Source of the DNA: an uncultured Thermoplasmata archaeon
Lineage (GTDB): Archaea; Thermoplasmatota; Thermoplasmata; UBA10834
Direction of reading: 5' to 3'
Length of the DNA: 64,000 nucleotides
NCBI GenBank assembly: GCA_963719945.1
Contig: CAVRDX010000004.1
Coordinates: forward strand, 334,402 to 398,401
Shown: positions 8,962 to 17,936 of the stretch, in pieces
Numbering within the stretch: the first letter of the stretch is position 1
How the letters are laid out: every line of letters starts with the position of its first letter
Notes under the pieces: generated by a model
Databases searched by the model: none
Told to the model about the DNA's origin: nothing
The model's input: the letters and a program-made list of their open reading frames with translations, nothing else
Made by a program: the position numbers and the translations under genes

Positions 8962-9738
8962 TCACTCGTCCGGGATGGAGCCGAGTCTATCGGCTTGCCA
9001 GCCAACGAGGGAGATCCGCTCCCTACCCATCAGCTGGTCCACTCCATCGTATCTTTCCCTCATGGCCTCCATGGCCTGCTCGTGCACATCGTCCGGGACG
9101 TCCCATTGGTCGGAGAAAGTCCTGGTCTGGTAATTCTCGATCATCACGCCCGCATGGACGGGGTGGATGTGCCTTGCGATCTCCCTGGATGTGTCCGGTT
9201 CTAGCACCTCCGTGAGCTCGATCTCCCTGAGTCCCAGGTCTATCAACGGATACCCTAGCTCTTCGCAAGTGTCCGCGTAGAACCGTCTGAGATCCTCCAC
9301 TTCGGAGTCCTCTTTGGAGAAAACGACCGAGAGCATCCGCCCTGTGGTGACCCTGGCGATCTCCTGCAATGCGCCCTCCCAGTCCGATATGAGATGCATG
9401 ACATGGACGCTTATCGCGTCCTCGAAGGAATCGTCGGCGAACGGGAGACAGCACATGTCCGCTCGGACGAGGTCGGCCGTCCCCTTCTGAGCCGCCTTGC
9501 CCAACATGCGTTTCGATAAGTCCACCCCGATGACGGAGAACCCCATTTCCTGGAGCGGCTTCGCGAACCTGCCAGTACCGACTCCTGCATCCAATGTCCT
9601 GCCGTCCACGCTGAGTTCCTGTTCGAGCGCTCTGACGATGGTCGTCATGATGTCGTCAGGGTACTTCCTCGTCTCGTCGAACTTGTCGGCGACCCGGTCG
9701 AACGATTTGGAATTATCCGTCATGGTCCCATTGGGCAA
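8962..9738 (-). CDS. class I SAM-dependent methyltransferase
   Basis: Motif I LDAGVGTGRFAKPL and VIGVDLSKRML. Confidence 0.85.
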   Translation of the reverse strand: MPNGTMTDNSKSFDRVADKFDETRKYPDDIMTTIVRALEQELSVDGRTLDAGVGTGRFAKPLQEMGFSVIGVDLSKRMLGKAAQKGTADLVRADMCCLPFADDSFEDAISVHVMHLISDWEGALQEIARVTTGRMLSVVFSKEDSEVEDLRRFYADTCEELGYPLIDLGLREIELTEVLEPDTSREIARHIHPVHAGVMIENYQTRTFSDQWDVPDDVHEQAMEAMRERYDGVDQLMGRERISLVGWQADRLGSIPDE

Positions 9739-9824
9739 TCATGTGCCTGGTAATTCAATGATGCGATTGCGACGACCTAGCTCGCGCTGGAATATCGAGA
9801 TAATAAAAGATGAAGTTTGAGAAC

Positions 9825-10436
9825 TCACTGCGTGAATGTCTCGCCCTTCTCGTACTTCTCCCTGAGGTGCTTGAGGATGATCTCCCTGTCCCTCCTCAGG
9901 TGGCTCTCGTACCAGACCTTGATGACATCCGCGAGTATCTCGTGGTACTTCTTCTCGTCGAACTTGGCGATCGGCAAGTCCATGAGCACGTAGTTGCTGA
10001 AGATCCTCTTCCATCCAGCGTACTTGTAGTAGTGCTCTCCCTCGCAAAATTCGAATGCGAGCCTGAAATTGGTCTGGCTGTCGACACTGTAGAACCATGC
10101 CTTGAGCGAGTCTCCGACCCTTCCCTGGGTGCGGTCCGTGAGCGCGACGTTCTCTACGCCGCCGAAGTTGAAGTCCGGCTTGAGGTCCCACTGCTCAGGA
10201 TACACGACGAAGTGGGCGAAATTGGACGGCTCGGGCGACATCGTGTAGTGCACGTTGATCTTGTTGAACCTGATCCAGATTCTGAAGAGGTCCTGTAGTA
10301 GGTTCCTGTTGATCGCTATCTTTGATGTGTTCTGCTCGACCAGGTTGTCGGTGATCTGGAGTGTCTTCTTCTCGAGCTCCTCGTCGAGCGTTGCGAACCA
10401 ATCAGCTTCTTTCTCTTCGGCCTTGGCCATGCGCAT
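9825..10436 (-). CDS. hypothetical protein (203 aa)
   Basis: Long ORF with its own flanks and no motif I recognise. Charged helical N- and C-termini around an aromatic-rich core. Confidence 0.55.
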   Translation of the reverse strand: MRMAKAEEKEADWFATLDEELEKKTLQITDNLVEQNTSKIAINRNLLQDLFRIWIRFNKINVHYTMSPEPSNFAHFVVYPEQWDLKPDFNFGGVENVALTDRTQGRVGDSLKAWFYSVDSQTNFRLAFEFCEGEHYYKYAGWKRIFSNYVLMDLPIAKFDEKKYHEILADVIKVWYESHLRRDREIILKHLREKYEKGETFTQ

Positions 10437-10602
10437 CCCTTTGAATGGTCATGATATTACATGAATATAAGACTTTGGTATTTATTCAGAACGACGATTA
10501 TTTTTCTGGCTACCCCTGATTTGCCGTTCGGAAGGGTCTTCGCGCAAACGGCTTCCCACAGCAACGTAGAAGTAACCAAATCTGGTTCACGGAAGAGATA
10601 CC

Positions 10603-11112
10603 ATGGACTTCTGGGATTCGCTAATCACTTGGTTGGACCAGTATCAGGCAGATCCCGTCACCTACCTGTTCCTTTTCTTCCTCTTCTGCATCGCCGCGGC
10701 AATCATACTCCCGATACCCGTGGAGATACTGCTGGTCGTGCCAGGCGTCCCATTCGTGTACAAAGCGATAGTCATGGGCCTCGGGAAAGGTGTCGGGGCA
10801 TTTGCCGTATTCTACATAGGTGGGGAGATCGAACAGGTCGTGCGGAGGTTCTCTCGATGGCGATGGTTCAAGTGGCTTCTAGATAAGAGCGAGATATTCG
10901 TCAGAAGGTACGGGTATGTCGCGATGTATCTGATAATGTCCATACCTGGCATGGTGGACACCATACCCCTCTACATATTCTCGATCCTGAACAAAGAGGG
11001 CGAGCTCATGACGCTCAAAGGCTTCGTCATCGTCAATGTGATGGCTGGGATGACCCGGGCGGCGCTGATCTACACACTGTTCTTCATCTTCGACATACAG
11101 CTCTTCGGCTGA
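10603..11112 (+). CDS. small DedA/VTT-like membrane protein
   Basis: Four or five hydrophobic helices with ILPIPVEILLV and RRYGYVAMYLIMSIPG, resembling the VTT (SNARE-associated) domain. Confidence 0.55.
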   Translation: MDFWDSLITWLDQYQADPVTYLFLFFLFCIAAAIILPIPVEILLVVPGVPFVYKAIVMGLGKGVGAFAVFYIGGEIEQVVRRFSRWRWFKWLLDKSEIFVRRYGYVAMYLIMSIPGMVDTIPLYIFSILNKEGELMTLKGFVIVNVMAGMTRAALIYTLFFIFDIQLFG

Positions 11113-11171
11113 TAATCTATCAGAAGCCTTTAATTGCGTACAGGGTGATTCTCGGCCGTCGAGGTATCTGG

Positions 11172-11531
11172 ATGGATGTCGGCGCTCCCGAGGCAGGTCT
11201 GCCTATCGGCAAGGATATGATCGCGGTACTGGGCATGCACGAGGTGCTCGTGAGGAAGTATGAGGCATCTCCTATCAAGCTCAAGTTCGTCCTGGATTCA
11301 CAACGCAGGGAACGAGTGGACGGCCATTTCGAGATGGAGTACGAGTTCAGCAGCGGCTCCGAGCTGTCCATACGCGCGAAACTGAACGGGAACGATATGG
11401 TGTTCGAAATCTACAAGGCCCGTGGCCGGTTCAACTTCTCGATCGACATCCGCAAGTGCGTCAGCGACGACCTGGTGCCGATATCAAAGTCAGAATACGA
11501 GGACATGGTCGCCCACTGGCTCCGTGCTTGA
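11172..11531 (+). CDS. hypothetical protein (about 119 aa)
   Basis: ORF open from GTG 11145. The first ATG is at 11172, about 35 nt after CTTTAATT. No recognisable motif. Confidence 0.4.
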   Translation: MDVGAPEAGLPIGKDMIAVLGMHEVLVRKYEASPIKLKFVLDSQRRERVDGHFEMEYEFSSGSELSIRAKLNGNDMVFEIYKARGRFNFSIDIRKCVSDDLVPISKSEYEDMVAHWLRA

Positions 11532-11535
11532 ACGG

Positions 11536-12288
11536 TCAGGTGATCTTCTCAACGGTCTTCAGCATCACGAGGTTGTTTTCCATCTCCAGTTCGAAGAGCT
11601 TCTGCGGCACGGTCGTCATCCTCATCTTGGGGATGCTCAGATAGTGCCTCATCCTGTCTCCTGAGCGGTCGGTCCTGATCTCCATGACGCCGTCGAAATC
11701 GTGGGCCATCATGCTGAACAATTCCTCCCTGATGCCTATCGGGAACGTATGAAAGACGACGGTCTCGAACGCCCGGAGGTCGGCGAAAGCTCTCCTTCCC
11801 CACCGCATGATCTCTATCGGCGATCGCCCTGTCAGTGTGCCGGGGACGCTCTCGCAGACCGCCCTCAGACCTTTCAGGTTCGACAGCCGCTCAACGGCCG
11901 TCGCCAGACCGTCCTGGAGCATGCGCTCGTCGTCTACCTCTGTGACGGGTATTATCTTGTGCTGTATCTCCTGCTCGACGCCCATGGCAGAAGTCCGCTT
12001 GTGAAGGGAGTAACAATCGAGTATGATGAGCTGGTCGTTCGCGACGGCTTCCAGCATATCGAACCCCTGCTGCTTCATGCTCCTCATCAGGCTTGCGACA
12101 GGTCGTGACAGACAGCAATAGATCGCGGGGAAACCGTGCTTCACGCCCTCGGCTATGAACTGCTGTAGAATACATTCCGTGAAATTCGACGGCTCCGCCC
12201 TGATGGCGACCGTCGAATTGGTCGGTATCCCACCCTGCAGAAGCGTGTCCAATCCATGGACGCCGCATGGCACCCTTGCGATTATCAT
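11536..12288 (-). CDS. KaiC/RadA-like RecA-superfamily domain protein with degenerate Walker A
   Basis: GVHGLDTLLQGGIPTNS is KaiC-like. At the P-loop position it reads VAIRAEPSNFTE instead of GxxGxGKT. Walker-B-like LIILDCYS. C-terminal HYLSIPKMRMT block. Confidence 0.7.
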   Translation of the reverse strand: MIIARVPCGVHGLDTLLQGGIPTNSTVAIRAEPSNFTECILQQFIAEGVKHGFPAIYCCLSRPVASLMRSMKQQGFDMLEAVANDQLIILDCYSLHKRTSAMGVEQEIQHKIIPVTEVDDERMLQDGLATAVERLSNLKGLRAVCESVPGTLTGRSPIEIMRWGRRAFADLRAFETVVFHTFPIGIREELFSMMAHDFDGVMEIRTDRSGDRMRHYLSIPKMRMTTVPQKLFELEMENNLVMLKTVEKIT

Positions 12289-12358
12289 CTTCCTCTGCGT
12301 GGGATGGCCGCCGTGAGTATTTGCCGTTTGCTGCAGCCTGCGACGTTGCGGGTGCCCC

Positions 12359-13321
12359 TCATCTGCTGGGCGGCGACTCTATCACGGTCTCGGGTTCGTC
12401 CTTGTGTGCGAACCTGATGAGCAGGACTGCCGTTATGACGAGGGCGATGCCAGCGATCTGTATCCCGTTGATCGCCTCGTTTATGATGATGACTGCGAGT
12501 ATGACGCCAGCGACAGGCTCGATGCCTGCGATTATGCTCGCCTTGCTGGCCTCGATGTGTCCGAGTGCCATCATGGCCACCACGAATGCGATCGTGCCTG
12601 GCACCAGTCCGATGAGGAAGATGTACAGCCAGGCATCCGTGCTGAGAGAAGTCTCGATCAGAGCGAAAGGATTGACTATCACGATCAGGGCCGGAAGCAT
12701 CAGTATGGACATGTACAGCGCGACCGTGTTGGACGAGTACTTCACCATGAACTTCTTCGCCCAGAGATAGTAGACCGCCGCGGCTACTGCCGTGAAGAGG
12801 CCGAGTCCTATCCCCCAGATGTTGAGCCGCATGTTTTCGAGGTCGTAGGCCCCAGCGATCAGGATCGCTCCTATGAATGTCAGTGGGAGCGCGACCGCCT
12901 TGACCGCCGTCATCTTCTCACCGAGGAGGAACACCGAGGCGACGGTGACCATGCTGGGATAGGTGTACAGGAGTATGACTGCGGTCGCGACCGATGTCAT
13001 GTCGATCGCGTTGTACCATGCGAGCGAGAAGAGCGCACCCGTGATGGTTGCGAATATGAACAACGCAGGGAGGTCTCGCGCGCTCACCCTGAACGCCTTC
13101 TTGTCGAACACGGCGAGGATGACTATGAGCACAATCGTGCCTGACAGTGCTGCGAACACGGCCACCTCGTTTGCAGTCGCACCTTTTTCGTCTATGACGA
13201 TCTTCGTCAATGTGCCCGAAGTGCCCCACAGCACTGCCGCTGCTGCCATCATCCCATATGCCATGTTCTTGGTTATCTTCACCACAGCGGGCACCTTTGA
13301 CAGGGGTACGGCAATTCCCAT
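12359..13321 (-). CDS. EamA/DMT-family transporter
   Basis: About ten TM helices in two similar halves, a typical DMT pattern. Confidence 0.85.
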   Translation of the reverse strand: MGIAVPLSKVPAVVKITKNMAYGMMAAAAVLWGTSGTLTKIVIDEKGATANEVAVFAALSGTIVLIVILAVFDKKAFRVSARDLPALFIFATITGALFSLAWYNAIDMTSVATAVILLYTYPSMVTVASVFLLGEKMTAVKAVALPLTFIGAILIAGAYDLENMRLNIWGIGLGLFTAVAAAVYYLWAKKFMVKYSSNTVALYMSILMLPALIVIVNPFALIETSLSTDAWLYIFLIGLVPGTIAFVVAMMALGHIEASKASIIAGIEPVAGVILAVIIINEAINGIQIAGIALVITAVLLIRFAHKDEPETVIESPPSR

Positions 13322-13492
13322 GATGAACCTACCCCTGAGTCCTTATGAACGTGAGGCTGTAAGGCAACAGTGTTATAAGATATCACGGTGTTTACGGACA
13401 CCGCGCGGGATTGCAGATCTTTTGGGGGAGAAGCATGGCGAACACCTCGATTCTGGTTCGTGGTGTCAGCTCTGGAGCTAATCGATGACTCA

Positions 13493-14779
13493 TCATTCCG
13501 CGGCATGCATCTTCTTGCCAACACTGTTCTTGCCCAGTATCAGCAGCAGCGGTACCGCGACCAATGCCATGACTGCTCCGTATGTGAAGGTTGCAGACGG
13601 TCCGTAACCGTCCCAGAGGAGCCCAGCTATTATGCCTCCTGGGAGCATGACAAGCCCCACTGCCGTGTGGAACGCTCCTAGTGCGGAGCCTCTGAGGTCC
13701 CGTGGGACGAAATCCACCACATATGCTTTGAGCACACCCTCAGACGATCCTTTGTAGACACCGAACAGCGAGAAGCCAAGTATGAGCAGCAGCAGAGAGT
13801 GCGCCGAGGCCATTACCATCGATGTGACGGCGAACAGCAGGAAAGACACCACGATGACCGGTTTTCTCCCGATCCTGTCCGATAGGCTGCCTGATGGTAT
13901 GGCTACGAGGACGAAGACTATGTTGAACAGGACATAGAGGAGGATCGCTGTGACATTTGAGAACTCTGAGTCGATCGCCTGGAGGATGAAGAAAGCGTAG
14001 CTGATCTCGCCGATATAGAAGACCATCACGACAACGATTATCGACCAGAAATCCTTGCTCAGGCCCCGCATCTCAGCGACGAACTTGCGCTTTCTGGTGG
14101 TTCGTGCGCCCGCCTTCTCCTTGACGAACAGTGCGACGAGGACGGCGGCGAACGCGGGTATCGTTGCGAAGATGAATATGAGTCTGTACTGGGAAAGCTC
14201 CTCCATACTGGATGCATAGGCGAGTATTATCAGCGCGATGATCGGGCCTATCACTGCGCCCGTCGAATCCATCGCCTTGTGGAACCCGAATGCCTTGCCC
14301 ATCTTCTCAGGCGCTGTCGAATCCGCTATGAGCGCATCCCTGGGTGCGCTCCTTATCCCCTTCCCTATGCGCTCGGTGATCCTGATGCCAAGGACCTGCC
14401 ACGGCAGGGTGGCGAGTATCAATCCTGGTTTGACCGCCGAACTTGCCCCGTATCCTCCCAGTATGAATGGCTTGCGCCGGTCGAACCTGTCAGAATACCA
14501 TCCAGAGGCGACCTTGATCAGGGATGCGGTAGTCTCCGCAGCTCCCTCTATCAGCCCGATTACGAGGCCCGTGGCCCCTATGGCCGTCAGGAACATCGGG
14601 AGGATGGGGATGATCATCTCGCTGCTCATGTCCGTGAGCAGGCTCACGATACCGAGGATCAACACGTTCGTGCTGACTCCTGTGAGCAGCCGTTTCTTGG
14701 TCTTGCTGCCTCGAGCGCCTTCACCCTCGACGGTTATGTTCTCGCCCTCTTGTAGATCGGTGAGGGTTGAGCGGCTCAC
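13493..14779 (-). CDS. MFS transporter
   Basis: 12-TM pattern with a GWYSDRFDRRKP loop (MFS motif A-like). Confidence 0.85.
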   Translation of the reverse strand: MSRSTLTDLQEGENITVEGEGARGSKTKKRLLTGVSTNVLILGIVSLLTDMSSEMIIPILPMFLTAIGATGLVIGLIEGAAETTASLIKVASGWYSDRFDRRKPFILGGYGASSAVKPGLILATLPWQVLGIRITERIGKGIRSAPRDALIADSTAPEKMGKAFGFHKAMDSTGAVIGPIIALIILAYASSMEELSQYRLIFIFATIPAFAAVLVALFVKEKAGARTTRKRKFVAEMRGLSKDFWSIIVVVMVFYIGEISYAFFILQAIDSEFSNVTAILLYVLFNIVFVLVAIPSGSLSDRIGRKPVIVVSFLLFAVTSMVMASAHSLLLLILGFSLFGVYKGSSEGVLKAYVVDFVPRDLRGSALGAFHTAVGLVMLPGGIIAGLLWDGYGPSATFTYGAVMALVAVPLLLILGKNSVGKKMHAAE

Positions 14780-14967
14780 GAGATATTAGGTTATGGCTTC
14801 TGTAAGGGTGGCCACGGTCTTGATACGAATGCCCCGGTCCTGACCACAGTTCTCAGCAAGATGGACACCTCTTCTCGGAAGCCAGAACATGAGATGCTGA
14901 AGGAAAAGCCAGTACTCGATTCTATGGTGCTTCTTCTTACCAGGTTTATAAGTCTATAAAGGACAAG

Positions 14968-14975
14968 CTTTAAAT
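14968..14975 (+). promoter_or_regulatory. candidate TATA box for purP (leaderless spacing)
   Basis: TTTAAATC lies 24-31 nt upstream of ATG 14999. Further TATA-like words TTTATAAG and TCTATAAA are at 14945-14960. Confidence 0.4.
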
Positions 14976-14998
14976 CAATCAATAGAATATGTGCGACA

Positions 14999-16069
14999 AT
15001 GGTTCCAAGGGAACGCATCCAGAAGATACTCGAGAGCTACGATAGGAACAAGCTCACAATAGCGACAGCGTGCTCTCACACATCTCTTCAGATTTTCGAC
15101 GGTGCCCGAAAAGAAGGTCTTAAGACGCTGGGCATAACCGTCGGTCAGAACACCAAGTTCTACGATGCCTTCCCTAAGGGCAAACCCGATGAGTTCTTCA
15201 AGGTCAAGTCCTACCTCGACCTTCTTGACATGAAAGACGAGCTACTGGCCAGGAACGTCATCATCGTCCCCCACGGCTCGTTCGTCGAGTACATGACTCC
15301 CAGGAACTTCGAGGAACTTGAAGTCCCCACATTCGGGAACAGGCGTGTGCTCGAGTGGGAGAGCAACCGTGAGATGGAGCGCGAATGGCTGACATCCGCC
15401 GGAGTCGAGATGCCGAACAGGATCGAGGACCCGAAGATGATCGACCGGCCTGTCCTCGTGAAGTACGATGGTGCGAAGGGTGGAAGGGGCTTCTTCATCG
15501 CGAAGGATTATCCCGACTTCAAGCTCGGCATAGATCACACGCAGCGCTTCACGATACAGGAATACATCCTCGGCACCAGGTACTACATACACTACTTCTA
15601 CTCGCCAATAAGGTCTGAGGGGTATCAGCTCAAGAAGGGTATCCTCGAGATGCTCAGCGTCGACAGGAGGGACGAGTCGAACGTAGATGAGATGTACAAG
15701 CTAGGCGCGCAGGAAGAACTGAAGAAGCTGGGGTTCTATCCGTCGTTCGTAGTCACCGGCAACATACCGGTCGTCGTGCGCGAGTCATTGCTGCCCAAGC
15801 TCTTGGAGATGGGCGAGAGGATCATCGAACGCTCGATCGATTTGTTCGGCGGCATGATCGGTCCGTTCTGCATAGAGAGCATCGTCACTGATGACCTCAA
15901 GATCAAGGTGTTCGAGATATCGTCCAGGATCGTCGCGGGGACGAACCCGTTCATCTCGGGGTCGCCATACGCGGACCTGATCGAGCCTGGTCTGTCGACT
16001 GGACGCCGTATCGCCCAGGAACTGAAGTTGGCCAACGAGAAGGACATGCTCATGGAGGTGCTGTCTTGA
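14999..16069 (+). CDS. purP: 5-formaminoimidazole-4-carboxamide ribonucleotide (FAICAR) synthetase
   Basis: Archaeal PurP-like N-terminus (ILESYDRNKLTIATACSHTSLQIFDGARKEGL) and an ATP-grasp body. Confidence 0.9.
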   Translation: MVPRERIQKILESYDRNKLTIATACSHTSLQIFDGARKEGLKTLGITVGQNTKFYDAFPKGKPDEFFKVKSYLDLLDMKDELLARNVIIVPHGSFVEYMTPRNFEELEVPTFGNRRVLEWESNREMEREWLTSAGVEMPNRIEDPKMIDRPVLVKYDGAKGGRGFFIAKDYPDFKLGIDHTQRFTIQEYILGTRYYIHYFYSPIRSEGYQLKKGILEMLSVDRRDESNVDEMYKLGAQEELKKLGFYPSFVVTGNIPVVVRESLLPKLLEMGERIIERSIDLFGGMIGPFCIESIVTDDLKIKVFEISSRIVAGTNPFISGSPYADLIEPGLSTGRRIAQELKLANEKDMLMEVLS

Positions 16070-16857
16070 ACAGACAATTCTTCTTCATAATTGCGGATTC
16101 TGAACTTGAACTGATTCCTGAGGAGCTGTTGAATGAACGATGCATATTGAACAACGCGCGCGCTCGTGGCAAGGCACCGGAGAAGATACTTCTCGACGCC
16201 TCGCATCACCATCCTGCGTTCACCAAGCTCAGGGAATCCGACAGGCGTGGAAGACCCGATATCATACATTTCTACCTCATGCTGTGCCTCGACTCCGACC
16301 TGTCCGCTCAGGGCAGGCTCAGGACCTTCGTGCATACGAGGAACGACGATGTCATCGCCATCAACCCGGAGACGAGACTTCCTCCGAGCTTCCCGAGGTT
16401 CGTCGGACTCATCGAGACCGTCTTCGAGAAACAGATAGTCCCGTCGACCGAGAACCCGCTTCTGGAATTGAGGCAGAAAGTCCCTCTCGCGACGCTTGTG
16501 CAGGCGCTCAAGCCAGACACTGTCATAGTGATGGACGACAATGGCGAGAAGGCTGAACTGCTCCCAGAGAAGTTCGCCAACCTCGAAGGAGAGCGCGTAG
16601 TCGTGATCGTCGGAGGTTTCTCGAAAGGGACGTTCCGATCCGATCTTTCGAAACTGAAGCCCATCAGATATTCTCTCGGAGACAGGTTGATGAAGGTCTG
16701 GACGGTCACTTCAAAAGTGCTCTGCGCGATAGACATGTCGGAGAAGATGGCCGATGTGTTCGTGAAGAAACCGGAGTCGGAGCCCAAGCCCAAGGAGAAG
16801 GCAAAGCCTAAGAAAGCTTCAAAACCTCGTCCCGCTCCGAAGAAGAAAGCGGCATAG
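16066..16857 (+). CDS. nep1: rRNA small-subunit pseudouridine methyltransferase Nep1 with Lys-rich C-terminal tail
   Basis: SDRRGRPDIIHFYLMLCLDS (the RPDIxH SPOUT motif of Nep1/Emg1). The TTG start overlaps the purP stop. Tail: KKPESEPKPKEKAKPKKASKPRPAPKKKAA. Confidence 0.85.
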   Translation: MNRQFFFIIADSELELIPEELLNERCILNNARARGKAPEKILLDASHHHPAFTKLRESDRRGRPDIIHFYLMLCLDSDLSAQGRLRTFVHTRNDDVIAINPETRLPPSFPRFVGLIETVFEKQIVPSTENPLLELRQKVPLATLVQALKPDTVIVMDDNGEKAELLPEKFANLEGERVVVIVGGFSKGTFRSDLSKLKPIRYSLGDRLMKVWTVTSKVLCAIDMSEKMADVFVKKPESEPKPKEKAKPKKASKPRPAPKKKAA

Positions 16858-17806
16858 AGACACCGCCACTTATGGCCACGGACCGGTTCTTTCCGCGGAC
16901 GACCCTGCCGATTATCGCAGCGTCTATCTTTCTTCTATTGAGCGCTCGCACGAAGCGGACGGCATCATCCTTTGAGAATGTGGCGAGGAGTGCCCCGGAG
17001 CCCAGCAGTCCCAGCGGATCGATCCCGTAATGAGCGCAGATCTTGCGCGTCTCATCCAATATCGGCACCTCGTCGATCCAGAGCTCGACCGATTTTCCAG
17101 ATGCATCCGCGAGCTCGTTCACGCCCATAGCAACGCCGCCCTCGGTAGGGTCGTGCATCGCATGCACGTGATATTCAAGCGCGAGCAGAGCTTCTCTCGC
17201 GATGGACAGGCCAGGATCCGTCAAGAACCGGGAAGCACGGTCCACGGTCTTCTTGCCGAGAACGCTCAGGAGTTCGGTTCGCCTCTCTCTGGCGATCAGC
17301 GCAGTGCCTTCGATCCCCGCGCCCTTCGTGAGGATGATCGAGTCCCCGACCTTCGCTCCCGAAGTCAATATCGGTTTCCGGCCGATCAGCACTCCGTGCA
17401 TGTCGCCGACGACTATCGGATGATCTATCCCCGGGGTCACTTCGGTATGCCCACCGGTGACCGCCACCCCGAGACCCTTTGCAGCGGACGAGATCTGTTT
17501 GAATATCTCTTCGACGAGTCTCTCATCCGATCCTTCGGGCAGCAATATTGTCGCCTGGAACCAGCAGGGCTTCGCGCCCCTTGTCGCCACATCGTTCGCG
17601 TTGACATGTACGGCGTACCATCCAATCATGTCCGAGGCGTATGTGACGGGGTCCGTTTTCAGCACCAGAATCTGTCCACCTATCCTCACGAGTGCGGCAT
17701 CCTCTCCGAGCTTCGGACCGAGGATCACTCTCGGGTCACGTGCTCCTGTGTGCTTGAGCATCTTCTTCAGAACCGATGGTGGAAGCTTACCCGTTTGCAG
17801 AGGCAT
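16808..17806 (-). CDS. AIR synthase-related protein (PurM/ThiL/HypE superfamily)
   Basis: GEDAALV, VNANDVATRGAKP, AVTGGHTEV and IGRVV blocks. Start placed at MPLQTGKLPP (ATG 17806). The track ORF up to 18265 overlaps the aminotransferase gene and is rejected. Confidence 0.8.
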   Translation of the reverse strand: MPLQTGKLPPSVLKKMLKHTGARDPRVILGPKLGEDAALVRIGGQILVLKTDPVTYASDMIGWYAVHVNANDVATRGAKPCWFQATILLPEGSDERLVEEIFKQISSAAKGLGVAVTGGHTEVTPGIDHPIVVGDMHGVLIGRKPILTSGAKVGDSIILTKGAGIEGTALIARERRTELLSVLGKKTVDRASRFLTDPGLSIAREALLALEYHVHAMHDPTEGGVAMGVNELADASGKSVELWIDEVPILDETRKICAHYGIDPLGLLGSGALLATFSKDDAVRFVRALNRRKIDAAIIGRVVRGKNRSVAISGGVSMPLSSSERDEVLKLS

Positions 17807-17936
17807 TGATCGTTCGAAAGCGATAGCGAGATAATAGTGTTTCGCGTGGTTTCGACAAATGTCCGGCAAGTTGACGAAACCTGAACACCAATGCTTTATA
17901 TCGATGGGATTCCTGACACCCTTTCGGGCGAGAACA

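Noticed and set aside
13320-13339. C/D-box-like words: ATGATGA then CTGA 8 nt later at 13320-13339, and ATGATGG with several CTGA at 41078-41165.
   Set aside because: The spacing does not fit the roughly 12-nt guide architecture, and no C'/D' pair is present. The first ATGATGA simply contains the start codon of the DMT gene on the other strand.
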